Assembly: GCA_051418015.1 (NCBI GenBank)
Contig: JBPRGF010000017.1
Span: forward strand, 192,001-256,000
DNA: 64,000 bases
Direction of reading: 5' to 3'
From: Candidatus Nitrospinota bacterium M3_3B_026
GTDB lineage: Bacteria; Nitrospinota_A; UBA7883; JBPRGF01
Positions 9,555 to 18,422 of the stretch are shown here, one piece after another. The notes beneath the pieces are model-generated. The model ran no database searches and was not told the origin of the DNA. It worked only from the letters and a program-made list of their open reading frames with translations. Numbering within the stretch: the first letter of the stretch is position 1; every line of letters starts with the position of its first letter. The position numbers and the translations under genes are program-made.

Positions 9555-11022
9555 AAATCTCCCTGACCGCCTCGGCGGCCTCTTCCCTGTCGTCGAAGTG
9601 TCTCTTCTCGGTTCCCACTATCTGGTAGTCCTCGTGCCCTTTCCCGGCTATCAGCACGAGATCGCCCGGCCCGGCCAGCCCGACGGCGGCGCGGATGGCC
9701 TCGCGCCTGTCCACCATGACTTTCAACTGTCCGACGGGGTTGTCTTCTTTCCTGATTCCGTCCACGATATCGCCGATGATCGCCTCGGGGTCCTCCGTCC
9801 TGGGGTTGTCGGAGGTGACAATCACCACGTCCGACGAGGCCCAGGCCGCCGTCCCCATCAGGCGGCGCTTGGCCCTGTCCCTGTCGCCGCCGCAGCCGAA
9901 AACCGTTATGACCTTTCCCTCCGCGAGGCCGCGGGCCGTCGCAAGGACATTGGCGAGGGCGTCGTCCGTGTGGGCGTAGTCGACTATCACCGTGAAAGGC
10001 TGGCCGAGGCTCACGGGCTCGAACCTTCCCGGTACCGCGGCGAGATCCTCCACCCCCTTCGCCACGACCTCCGGGCTCGCGCCCTCCGGCAGCGTGGCGC
10101 CGATGGCGGCTAGGATGTTGTACACGTTGTGTTTTCCCGTGAGCCTGGAGCGGACGGGGATGGGGCCGAAGGGGGTCTTCACCTTCATGGATATCCCCCC
10201 CGCCTGGATGGAGACGCCCTCGGCGGTGATTTCGGCTGCCTCCCGGACGCCGTAGGTTATTATGTTCGCGGCGGTCATGGTGATGAGCCTGGAGGCCCAG
10301 AGGTCGTCCATGTTCACCACGGCGTTCTCCGGCCCGCTCTCCATGAACAGCCTCGCCTTGGCGGCGAAATAGTCTTCCATGGTGTGGTGGTAGTCCAGGT
10401 GGTCCTGGGTCAGGTTCGTGAAAATGGCGGCGCGGAACCTCATCATGTCCACCCGGTGTTGCGTCAGGGCGTGGGAGGAGACCTCCAGCGCCAGGTACTC
10501 ACCCCTCCTGTCCACAAGATCCTTTGTCATCCGCTGAAGATCCAGCGACTCCGGCGTGGTGGTAATCGCCTCCAGCCTCTCGCCCAGCAACTCGTAGCCT
10601 GTCGTTCCGATCCTGCCCACGCGCCTGCCGTCGGCTTTCAGGATCGACTCGACGAGGTATGAGACGGTGGTCTTGCCGTTGGTACCGGTCACTCCCATCA
10701 CGCGGAGCTTTTCGGAGGGCGAGTCGTAGAAATAGTCCGACACCCTGGCCAGGGCCTCCCGCGAGTCCGGCACCAGGACGAGGGTGACCTTCCTTGGCAG
10801 CCTGAGGCCGGGGTCGCGTTCGGCTATCACCGTGGTGGCGCCCCTTTTCACGGCGTCGAGGATATAGTCGTGCCCGTCCATCCTGGCGCCACGTACGGCC
10901 ACGAAGACTCCGCCATTTTTCGCCATGCGGGAGTCGTAGCAGACATCGGCGATGCTCCCCGGCTCCGCCCCGGTGATCTTTAGCGTTTTCATTTTCCTTA
11001 AAATCTCCTCAGCTGATTTCAT
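9541..11022 (-). CDS. murE: UDP-MurNAc-L-Ala-D-Glu--meso-DAP ligase
   Basis: TGTNGKTT, DHLDYH, DYAHT, DNPR (meso-DAP specificity), GKGHE; start taken at MKSAEE (ORF track extends to 11064). Confidence 0.96.
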   Translation of the reverse strand: MKSAEEILRKMKTLKITGAEPGSIADVCYDSRMAKNGGVFVAVRGARMDGHDYILDAVKRGATTVIAERDPGLRLPRKVTLVLVPDSREALARVSDYFYDSPSEKLRVMGVTGTNGKTTVSYLVESILKADGRRVGRIGTTGYELLGERLEAITTTPESLDLQRMTKDLVDRRGEYLALEVSSHALTQHRVDMMRFRAAIFTNLTQDHLDYHHTMEDYFAAKARLFMESGPENAVVNMDDLWASRLITMTAANIITYGVREAAEITAEGVSIQAGGISMKVKTPFGPIPVRSRLTGKHNVYNILAAIGATLPEGASPEVVAKGVEDLAAVPGRFEPVSLGQPFTVIVDYAHTDDALANVLATARGLAEGKVITVFGCGGDRDRAKRRLMGTAAWASSDVVIVTSDNPRTEDPEAIIGDIVDGIRKEDNPVGQLKVMVDRREAIRAAVGLAGPGDLVLIAGKGHEDYQIVGTEKRHFDDREEAAEAVREIYGRV

Positions 11023-12874
11023 CCCGGTCCCGCTCCCCGGCGGCGCCGGTCGCCCCGGTTTCATCCGGCCTCATACCGTCTTTTCGCGTCAACTTTCCCC
11101 AGTCGATCTGGTACACATCCGTTTTCGCGGAGGGTATTCTCAGTATCCTGGCCGCGCGGGCGGCGATCTCCGAGAAGACGGGACCCGCCACGGCCCCCCC
11201 CCAAGCCACTCCCTCCGGCTCGTCGATCATCACAAGGATGGCGAGTCTCGGCTCCTCCGCGGGGAAAAAACCAGCGAAGGAGGAGAGAAACTTGGTTCTG
11301 GAGTAAGTCCTGGTGTGGGGATCGGTCTTCTGGGCGGTACCTGTCTTGCCGGCCACGGTGAAGCCGGGGACGGTGGCCCGCTTGCCGGTTCCGTTCTCTA
11401 CTACTTCTATCATCATATCTTTTATCTTCCGCGCTGTCGAGGCGGAAACCACCCTGCGCCTGATCTCAGGCTCGACCTCCCTGACGACATGGCCGTCGCG
11501 GGCGAAATACCTGACGACATGGGGCCGGACGAGGAGACCCCCGTTGGCGAAGACGCACATCCCGGTTATGAGCTGGATCGGCGTCACGGCGACCTCCTGG
11601 CCGAAGGATATCGACGGCAGCGACGTGAGCGACCATTCGGACACGGGACGCAGAAGGCCCGGGCTCTCCCCCGGCAGATCCACGCCCATCTTCGAGCTGA
11701 AGCCGAAACTTTCAAGCCTTTTTCTCAAGACCTCCGGACCCATGCGCTCGGCGAGTTTTATCGCTCCTATGTTGCTGGACTTCGCTATGACATCGGCGAG
11801 GGGGAGAAGGCCGTAGCGGTGGTAGTTGGCCTCGTTAAAGTAATGGCCGCCCACCATGTACCTGCCATCCTCACAGTCGATGACATCGTTCACGTCCGTC
11901 ACACCCTCCTCAAGGGCGGCGGCGGCGACGAATATCTTGAACGTGGAGCCGGGCTCCCAAGCCTCGGAAACGGCCATGAGCCTGCGCCTTTTCGCATCGT
12001 ACCTGGCGAAGTTGTTCGGGTTGAACTCCGGCTGTTCCGCAATCGCCAGGATCCGCCCCGTGGCGGGACTCATCACTATGGCGACCCCGCTCGCGGCGCC
12101 AAGCTCGTTAACTCTGCGCTCAAGCGCCTTCTCCGCTATGTACTGGATCCTTTCGTCGATGGTCAGGACCAGGTCGTAGGGAGCCGACTCCTCCACCACG
12201 TCCAGAGCGTCCGGCATGGAAAGCGGCCTGCCCAGCGCGTCCTTGAGCACGGTGAAGCGCCCCTTGACGGGACGGATGACCTCGTCGTAGCGGTACTCCA
12301 GGCCGGACAGGCCCTGGTTGTCTATGCCGCAAAAACCCACTATCTTCGCGGCGATATCCCGCTTCGGGTAAAACCTTTTCGACTCTTTCACAAACCCCAC
12401 CCCCGGGATGTCCGCGGCCTTGATCCTGTCTTTGACGGCGGGGGGGACCTTGCGGCGGACCCATACGAAGCTTCTGTCCCGCCGCCTGGTTATGGACCTT
12501 TTAAGTTTTCTATAGACCCTCGCCCTGGTGGAGGGGTTTTCCGGCTCCAGGAGCGCGGCCAGCTTCCGCGCGGCGGCGGCGGGGTTCGGCGTCTTTACCG
12601 GGTTGATATACACCGAGGGCATGTCCACGGAGACGGCTAACTGGCGCATGTTGCGGTCGTATATCTGCCCGCGGGGCAGGCTGATCCTGACGGAGCCGCG
12701 GCTCTGCCTCTCCGAATACCTTTCCACCTTTTCGTCGCTGAACATCATAAGCTGAGCCAGCCTCGCCACGAGAACCACGTAAGCCATCCCCAGGACGACG
12801 CCCATGATGACGACCTTGAGCCTCGCCGGTCCGGCGCTGGGCCTGTCCGCCTTTTCTCTCTTATTCTTTCGCAA
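11009..12874 (-). CDS. ftsI: Penicillin-binding protein 3 (FtsI)
   Basis: N-terminal TM; STFK, SSN and KTG transpeptidase motifs; TTG start. Confidence 0.96.
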   Translation of the reverse strand: MRKNKREKADRPSAGPARLKVVIMGVVLGMAYVVLVARLAQLMMFSDEKVERYSERQSRGSVRISLPRGQIYDRNMRQLAVSVDMPSVYINPVKTPNPAAAARKLAALLEPENPSTRARVYRKLKRSITRRRDRSFVWVRRKVPPAVKDRIKAADIPGVGFVKESKRFYPKRDIAAKIVGFCGIDNQGLSGLEYRYDEVIRPVKGRFTVLKDALGRPLSMPDALDVVEESAPYDLVLTIDERIQYIAEKALERRVNELGAASGVAIVMSPATGRILAIAEQPEFNPNNFARYDAKRRRLMAVSEAWEPGSTFKIFVAAAALEEGVTDVNDVIDCEDGRYMVGGHYFNEANYHRYGLLPLADVIAKSSNIGAIKLAERMGPEVLRKRLESFGFSSKMGVDLPGESPGLLRPVSEWSLTSLPSISFGQEVAVTPIQLITGMCVFANGGLLVRPHVVRYFARDGHVVREVEPEIRRRVVSASTARKIKDMMIEVVENGTGKRATVPGFTVAGKTGTAQKTDPHTRTYSRTKFLSSFAGFFPAEEPRLAILVMIDEPEGVAWGGAVAGPVFSEIAARAARILRIPSAKTDVYQIDWGKLTRKDGMRPDETGATGAAGERDRDEIS

Positions 12875-13166
12875 CGATTACCACCTGATCCGGCGCCGGG
12901 AACACGAACCCCAGTTCCTCCACCGCCGTTTTTTCTATGAAGTCGTACGAACGCAGGGCCGATATCTCGAGCTTGAGCTTTTTGTTCAGCTCCTTGAGTT
13001 CGGACAGGGTTTTCAGCTTTTCCGAGTACTCGTACATGAGGGACATGGCGCGTATGGAAGGGTATATGTACACCAACATGCTCGAAAGCACGAGGACCAC
13101 CACCACGGTATAGACCGCGACGGTCCTGGGCTGAAAACCCGCCTTTTCCCTTCCGAAAGTGAACAT
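12861..13166 (-). CDS. ftsL: Cell division protein FtsL
   Basis: Small TM plus coiled-coil protein between rsmH and ftsI. Confidence 0.85.
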   Translation of the reverse strand: MFTFGREKAGFQPRTVAVYTVVVVLVLSSMLVYIYPSIRAMSLMYEYSEKLKTLSELKELNKKLKLEISALRSYDFIEKTAVEELGFVFPAPDQVVIVAKE

Positions 13167-13196
13167 CGGCCTCTCCTGCGCAGTGTAAACCCCGGG

Positions 13197-14138
13197 TCAA
13201 GCCGCCAGCCTCTCCGCCGCGCGCAGCTTCGCCGAGCGCGACCGCGGGTTCTCCGACACCTCTTTTTCGCCGGGTCTCAGCGGCTTTTTTGTCAGGAGCC
13301 TAAGCTTGCCCGGCCTGCCGCACACGCATTTCGGCAACTCCTTTGGGCAGACGCACCGCCTCGTGAGCCCGGCGAAGGTCTGCTTGACCTTCCTGTCCTC
13401 CAGGCTGTGAAACGAGATAACGACTATCCTGCCTCCGGGGCTGAGCCTTTCCACTCCTTCCAGAATTCCCCTCTCCAGCATCCCCAACTCGTCGTTCACC
13501 GCCATCCGCAAAGCCTGGAAAACGCGGGTGGCGGGGTGGATCCTCCGCGGCCCGCCGGGGGCCCCGGCCGCCTTCTCCACTATCCGCGCGAGCCTCAGGG
13601 TGTCCTCTATCGGCGCTTTCCGGCGCTCTCTTGCTATGGCCCAGGCTATCCTGCGCGCCTTGCGCTCTTCGCCGTATTTTCTGAATATGGAGGCGAGTTC
13701 GCGTTCGTCCGCGGCGTTGACTATATCCGCGGCGGTGAGCTTCCGCCGCCGGTCCATGCGCATGTCCAGAGGCCCGGCGAGCCGGAACGAAAACCCTCTC
13801 TCGGCCTCGTCCAGATGGTACGAAGATACCCCAAGGTCCATAACGATCGCGTCCGCCTTTTCCATGCCCAGCCGATCCAGGACGTCTCCAAGCCGGTCGA
13901 AACTCGCTTTCACGACCCTGGCGCGCCGCCCGAACCTGGCGAGCCGCGCGCGCGCGCGATCGGCCGCTTCCTCGTCACGGTCAATCCCTACCAGCAGTTC
14001 CACCCCCGGGACCCTCTCCAGGATCGCCTCGGAATGTCCTCCGCCGCCCGCGGTGGCGTCCACCACCACCCGCGCGCCGGGATGGGCCACGAAGGAGAGT
14101 ACCTCCCCGAGCATGACGGGGGCGTGCTGTGAAGTCAG
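13197..14138 (-). CDS. rsmH: 16S rRNA m4C1402 methyltransferase RsmH
   Basis: DATAGGGGH, DLGVSS, PLDMRMD, HPATRVFQALR, SFHSLEDR, NPRSRSAKLR; start probably CTG at 14138 (first ATG is 14114). Confidence 0.95.
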   Translation of the reverse strand: MTSQHAPVMLGEVLSFVAHPGARVVVDATAGGGGHSEAILERVPGVELLVGIDRDEEAADRARARLARFGRRARVVKASFDRLGDVLDRLGMEKADAIVMDLGVSSYHLDEAERGFSFRLAGPLDMRMDRRRKLTAADIVNAADERELASIFRKYGEERKARRIAWAIARERRKAPIEDTLRLARIVEKAAGAPGGPRRIHPATRVFQALRMAVNDELGMLERGILEGVERLSPGGRIVVISFHSLEDRKVKQTFAGLTRRCVCPKELPKCVCGRPGKLRLLTKKPLRPGEKEVSENPRSRSAKLRAAERLAA

Positions 14139-14205
14139 GCGTCTATCTCCATCGGCGCGGACAATGAAAAGAACCTCCCTGTCTGCTGAAAAAATTCCGA
14201 ACGTG

Positions 14206-14634
14206 TCAAAAACCGAGTTCCCGCAGCCTCTTCGAAAGGTCCTCCGGGCTCAACACGGCGGTCTTCCGCTTGTGGCGCTCGGCGGACCATATCTCGATCT
14301 TTTTTATCCTCCCGACGATCACGGCCTCGCGTCCTATCCCAGCGTAGCCGCGCAGCCTGGCGGGGATGAGTATCCTCCCGTTCTTGAGGGGAACCTCCTC
14401 GGCGTTCTCCGTGATGGCCCTTAAAAGGTCTCCCTTCTCGGGGTCGTAAGGGCCGGCCTCCAGGGCCTCGTATTTCTCCAACCACTGCTTCGCCGGGTAG
14501 GCGGCCAGGCAGTTGTCGGAAACCGTGACTATCAGCGGCTCCCCGTATACGTGAGCGAGGACATCGCGGATTTTCGCCGGAAGATGTATCCTCCCCTTCG
14601 GGTCCACGCTGACGTCGTATCGCCCTATAAACAT
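14206..14634 (-). CDS. mraZ: Transcriptional regulator MraZ
   Basis: MFIGRY..VDPKGRI and a second GRILIP SpoVT/AbrB repeat; first gene of dcw. Confidence 0.95.
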   Translation of the reverse strand: MFIGRYDVSVDPKGRIHLPAKIRDVLAHVYGEPLIVTVSDNCLAAYPAKQWLEKYEALEAGPYDPEKGDLLRAITENAEEVPLKNGRILIPARLRGYAGIGREAVIVGRIKKIEIWSAERHKRKTAVLSPEDLSKRLRELGF

Positions 14635-14640
14635 GCCCGC

Positions 14641-14670
14641 CTTTTGACACTTTTATACACTTTATGACAC
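14641..14670 (-). promoter_or_regulatory. Putative MraZ operator (three GTGT boxes at 10-bp period)
   Basis: Minus strand GTGTCATAAA GTGTATAAAA GTGTCAAAAG between the -10 box and the mraZ start. Confidence 0.8.
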
Positions 14671-14677
14671 AAGTTAA

Positions 14678-14707
14678 ATCGTATCCAACTAAGCCCATAT
14701 CTGTCAA
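14678..14707 (-). promoter_or_regulatory. Sigma70-type dcw promoter
   Basis: TTGACA-N18-TACGAT upstream of mraZ. Confidence 0.75.
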
Positions 14708-15072
14708 GAAATTAGAGGAGCCCATGTTATTTTTTTGGTCTTACAATTTCCCTAAATTAGATCAAAATTTAAGGGAGTTAACATATCACTTTAACTAATT
14801 CTAGTTTATTTCTAATATAAATAAACCAAATATTATGCTAATTATATGTAAAAATCAACAAAAAAAGCGTGGCGAAACGGCTATGGGGGGAGCTTGTTCT
14901 CAATTGAAAAAGGCTGCCCTTGCGCCGGGAAGGCGAGCAAATCTCCTTTAAAGGGAGGAGAATCGGGGCCTGTTTTGCCTTCGCCGCTGCGGACACGGCG
15001 CTGAAAAAAGCTCTTTTTTCAGCAGTTACGGGGCGGCGTCATCCGGCGCTCCGGTGGCGCGGCCAAGCGCCG

Positions 15073-15528
15073 TCAGGGCTGCAGCCCGCCCGCCTGGCTA
15101 TCCCACGTGAAGGGGCCGTCATCACAGTTGGTGTGATCGGCCGTGGCGCTCCAGCCGTTCGTGTTTCCGGCCGAGGCATCGAGTGTCACGCCGTCAGACC
15201 AGAAAAACTCCGGGAAGTTGCTGGACCCGTCGCCGTTCCTGGCCACGACAAGGTATGTGTCGTGGTCGTAGTAATAGGCCTCCTGGCTGATGGCCAGATT
15301 GGCCAGGTCGGACTTGATCCTGGCGCAGTAGCTTTGCTTGCGATACTCGGAAAACTGCGTGATGGCGATGGCGGCGAGAATGCCGACTATGGCCACCACG
15401 ATCAAAAGCTCCACCAGCGTAAACCCTTCTTTCGAGAGAGCGGAGAAAGAAGACCGGCGGCTCGATGAAACGCTCCGCGCCGGCTGGCCTTCACTCTCGA
15501 CAGCCGGCATAATATCTGTCGGTCGCAT
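15073..15528 (-). CDS. pilA: Type IV major pilin, aromatic-rich
   Basis: Prepilin site G/FTLVELLIVVAIVGILAAIA with E5; SD AAGGAG; Geobacter-PilA-like N-terminal half. Confidence 0.88.
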   Translation of the reverse strand: MRPTDIMPAVESEGQPARSVSSSRRSSFSALSKEGFTLVELLIVVAIVGILAAIAITQFSEYRKQSYCARIKSDLANLAISQEAYYYDHDTYLVVARNGDGSSNFPEFFWSDGVTLDASAGNTNGWSATADHTNCDDGPFTWDSQAGGLQP

Positions 15529-15559
15529 CCGTAGCTCCTTTGCGTTTATAGCGATTTAC

Positions 15560-15574
15560 GCAAAACCCGTTCCA
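15560..15574 (-). promoter_or_regulatory. Sigma54 -24/-12 promoter of the pilin gene
   Basis: TGGAAC-GGGTT-TTGC versus consensus TGGCAC-N5-TTGC. Confidence 0.75.
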
Positions 15575-15735
15575 AGCGGGCATGAACGGGAGTGAAAGCG
15601 TAATAAATCAAGCAACTCGTGATTCGGCGCGCCCGGAGCCGGGTGGAGTGAAATTACAATTATTGGCAAAGGTCTTCGTTATTGACAAATATCGTCATTG
15701 CCAGCCCCGCTCGCGTTGTATTCGCGCCGTGGAAG

Positions 15736-17280
15736 CTAGCTTCCACCCAGCTTGCGCCTCAGAACATCAAGAGCCTCGCCGATCTGCGCCGAGCCGGGGC
15801 TTCTCCGCTCCCCCTCCTCCAGCGTCTTCAAGGCCCTGTCCACCCTTCCCGCCTTCAGCGCCCGCTCCGCGCAAAACATGACGACCTGCTCGTCGGCGGG
15901 GCTCAACGCCAGGAGGTCCTCCGCCACGGTGTCCACCAGCCCGTCCTCCCCGGTCATCACCGAGAGCCACTCCTTCATCCACGAGCCGCCCCTGTACCCC
16001 GAGTCGTACAACTTCCCATATACCAGGTCCGCCGTCCTGGCAAAACCTCGGGCCGCCGCCTGCCGGGCCAGGAGAACAGCCGCGTCGGCCACCCTGGGGA
16101 TCCTCAGCCGCAGCCTGTTTTCCGAAAATTCCCCGGCGATCCGGCCTATCCCCTCCCAGTCGCCGATGTTGAAGCGATGGACCATTTCCCCGACCATGGC
16201 TTCGGGTGGCGCCTGCGCGCTTTTTGGCCCCGGCGCGGCCCTTCGCCCTTTTTTCTCCAGCAGGCCAACGTAGACCCTCTCATACTCTTTTATCATCCTT
16301 TCGGCGGTGAACCTTTTCTCCACGGTCTCCCTGGCGGCGCGGCGCATCTTCTCCCACCTGTCTGAGCCGTGAAGGGAGATCGCCTCGCGTATGACGCGGA
16401 CGGCGGAGGCCCTGTCCGAGGCGTCGACGACCCAGCCGTCCTTTCCGTGGGTTACGATCTCCGCCATGCCGCCGTCATCCGAGACTATTGGGAGGCACCC
16501 GGAGGCCATGGCCTCCAGCGCTACCAGGCCGAAAGGCTCCTTTTTCGACAGCAGGACCATCAGGTCAGCCCGGCGGAAAAGGGCCGCCATATCCGTTCTC
16601 AGGCCGAGAAACGTTACCCCATCCGTGGACGCCCCCTCCTGGCCACGGCCCGCCATCCATATCTGTATCCCGTCTCCGGCGCCGGGTATGTCGCCCGCCA
16701 GCTCGTCCAGGTGAAAGTGTTTCGGTTTCTCTCTCCGGCTCGGCTCGACGAGTATTATCCCGCCCTCCCCTTTCGGCTCGTTCCTGAAGGGGAAATCTTC
16801 GATATCCACGCCGTTGTGTATGACCACGGCCCTTTCGGGGTCGGGCTGGGCGCGGCGGACGGTCTCCGAGACGCATATGGAGACGTCTATCTCCGGATAC
16901 ATCTGGCCCGGCTCGACAAGGTGCATAAGCTCCACCAGGACGGGAACCCGCGCAAGACGCGCTGCCTCGCACACGAGGGGGTCGAACCCGCCGGAAAACT
17001 GCGCCACCTCCGCCTCCGAGAATATTTCGATAAGCGCCGCGAAACGTTTTTCGCCCCCGGTGAAAACGCGGGGTATGGACGGATCGTAGCGCGCCTGGCC
17101 GGGCTTTTCGGACTCCGTCACGACGAACACGGGGTCGAACAGGCCCCTGTCCAGGCGTCTGTGATACAAAGTGTCCATTCTCTCCACGCCGCCTCCTATG
17201 CCTGCGGCGAAGGAGCAGTGGACAAGTCTTATCGGCTTTTCAGGGTCGCGCGCGTTAATGCCGCCTTGCTGATGAAGCAT
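15736..17280 (-). CDS. GT4-family glycosyltransferase with helical (TPR-like) C-terminus
   Basis: VIHNGVD, EPFGLVALEAMASG, GGMAEIV motifs. Confidence 0.88.
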   Translation of the reverse strand: MLHQQGGINARDPEKPIRLVHCSFAAGIGGGVERMDTLYHRRLDRGLFDPVFVVTESEKPGQARYDPSIPRVFTGGEKRFAALIEIFSEAEVAQFSGGFDPLVCEAARLARVPVLVELMHLVEPGQMYPEIDVSICVSETVRRAQPDPERAVVIHNGVDIEDFPFRNEPKGEGGIILVEPSRREKPKHFHLDELAGDIPGAGDGIQIWMAGRGQEGASTDGVTFLGLRTDMAALFRRADLMVLLSKKEPFGLVALEAMASGCLPIVSDDGGMAEIVTHGKDGWVVDASDRASAVRVIREAISLHGSDRWEKMRRAARETVEKRFTAERMIKEYERVYVGLLEKKGRRAAPGPKSAQAPPEAMVGEMVHRFNIGDWEGIGRIAGEFSENRLRLRIPRVADAAVLLARQAAARGFARTADLVYGKLYDSGYRGGSWMKEWLSVMTGEDGLVDTVAEDLLALSPADEQVVMFCAERALKAGRVDRALKTLEEGERRSPGSAQIGEALDVLRRKLGGS

Positions 17281-17345
17281 TCTTTATTTTAATCCGCCAG
17301 TGGAGGAGAAGGCCAGAACGGGCCGCCCTGGTATAAAATCAAGAG

Positions 17346-18422
17346 ATGGACGCCGGAACATTTCTGGAGCGATGGGCCGTAAAACCCGTCGAGCGGCGCG
17401 ACCGCGAGTTCTACCTGCTGGCCCTGCCTGCGGCGGTGGCCTTGGTGGGGCTTGCGCCATACGTCTTTCAGCTTCTGTTCTTCCCTGGCGCCGGAGGTCT
17501 CCTGAGGCTTTCGGCGCAGGTGGCGGCGGGGGCGCTGATGATCGGGGTGATCTGCTACGCCCTTACAAGGCTTCTTTCGCGCCCCCGCTGGTGGGGGCCG
17601 AAGAGAAGCCGCTGGCCGCTCCTGACGCATCTTCTCCTGCTGTGGACGCCCACGGCGCTGCTGGTGGACGCGCCCCTTCGCCTTACCGAGTTGTCCATGA
17701 TAGACCCCGGCGTCTCCTGGGCGAGCGTGGCGCCTTACATCCTGGGGGTGTCCATGGGGCGGACGTTCCTGTTCGCCGGGGGGATAGTCTTCTACGAGCG
17801 GCTGATGGGCGCCGTGGAGGAGGCGATGGATCATCGCCAGCGCGCCTTGTGGCTGGAGACGCAGACGTTGAAAAACCTTATACAGCCGCACTTTCTTCTC
17901 AACAGCCTGAACGCCGTCCGCGCCTACATGGAAGAATCCCCCGCCGACGCGGAGAAAATGCTCCTGCGACTCACCTCGCTTCTGCGCAAGGTGATCCAGA
18001 ACTCCTCGAAGGAGAGGACGACAGTCGCCGAGGAGATCGACGTGATAAAGGACTACGCCGCGGTCATGCGTTACCGCTACGAGACGGATGTCAGGCTGCA
18101 GACGGACGGTGTGGACGGCTCGCCGGTCAGGATACCCCCGCTGATTCTTTTCACCCTGGTGGAAAACTCGTTCAAACACGGTTTCAGCGGCAGGAGGGAG
18201 GGGAGCCTGAAGATAAGCATGGAGGCGGGCAAGAGGGTCAGGCTCATGGTAAACGACGACGGGAGGCCGGAGGGAGGCCCCGGCGAGGCCGGGGGGCTGG
18301 GCGGGCAATACATCCGCGCCAGGCTGGAACTGGCCTACGGCGACGACTACTCCTTCCAGAGCGGCAGGCTCGCCGACGGTCATTACGAGGCGGTCATCGA
18401 GATACCATGGGAGGGGGCATGA
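17346..18422 (+). CDS. LytS/YehU-type membrane sensor histidine kinase
   Basis: Several TM helices, QPHFLLNSLN H-box, LVENSFKHG. Confidence 0.9.
   Translation: MDAGTFLERWAVKPVERRDREFYLLALPAAVALVGLAPYVFQLLFFPGAGGLLRLSAQVAAGALMIGVICYALTRLLSRPRWWGPKRSRWPLLTHLLLLWTPTALLVDAPLRLTELSMIDPGVSWASVAPYILGVSMGRTFLFAGGIVFYERLMGAVEEAMDHRQRALWLETQTLKNLIQPHFLLNSLNAVRAYMEESPADAEKMLLRLTSLLRKVIQNSSKERTTVAEEIDVIKDYAAVMRYRYETDVRLQTDGVDGSPVRIPPLILFTLVENSFKHGFSGRREGSLKISMEAGKRVRLMVNDDGRPEGGPGEAGGLGGQYIRARLELAYGDDYSFQSGRLADGHYEAVIEIPWEGA

Noticed and set aside
14776..14845. dif-like or oriC-like site in the AT-rich patch
   Set aside because: Only partial XerD-arm resemblance with no properly spaced XerC arm, and no DnaA boxes seen
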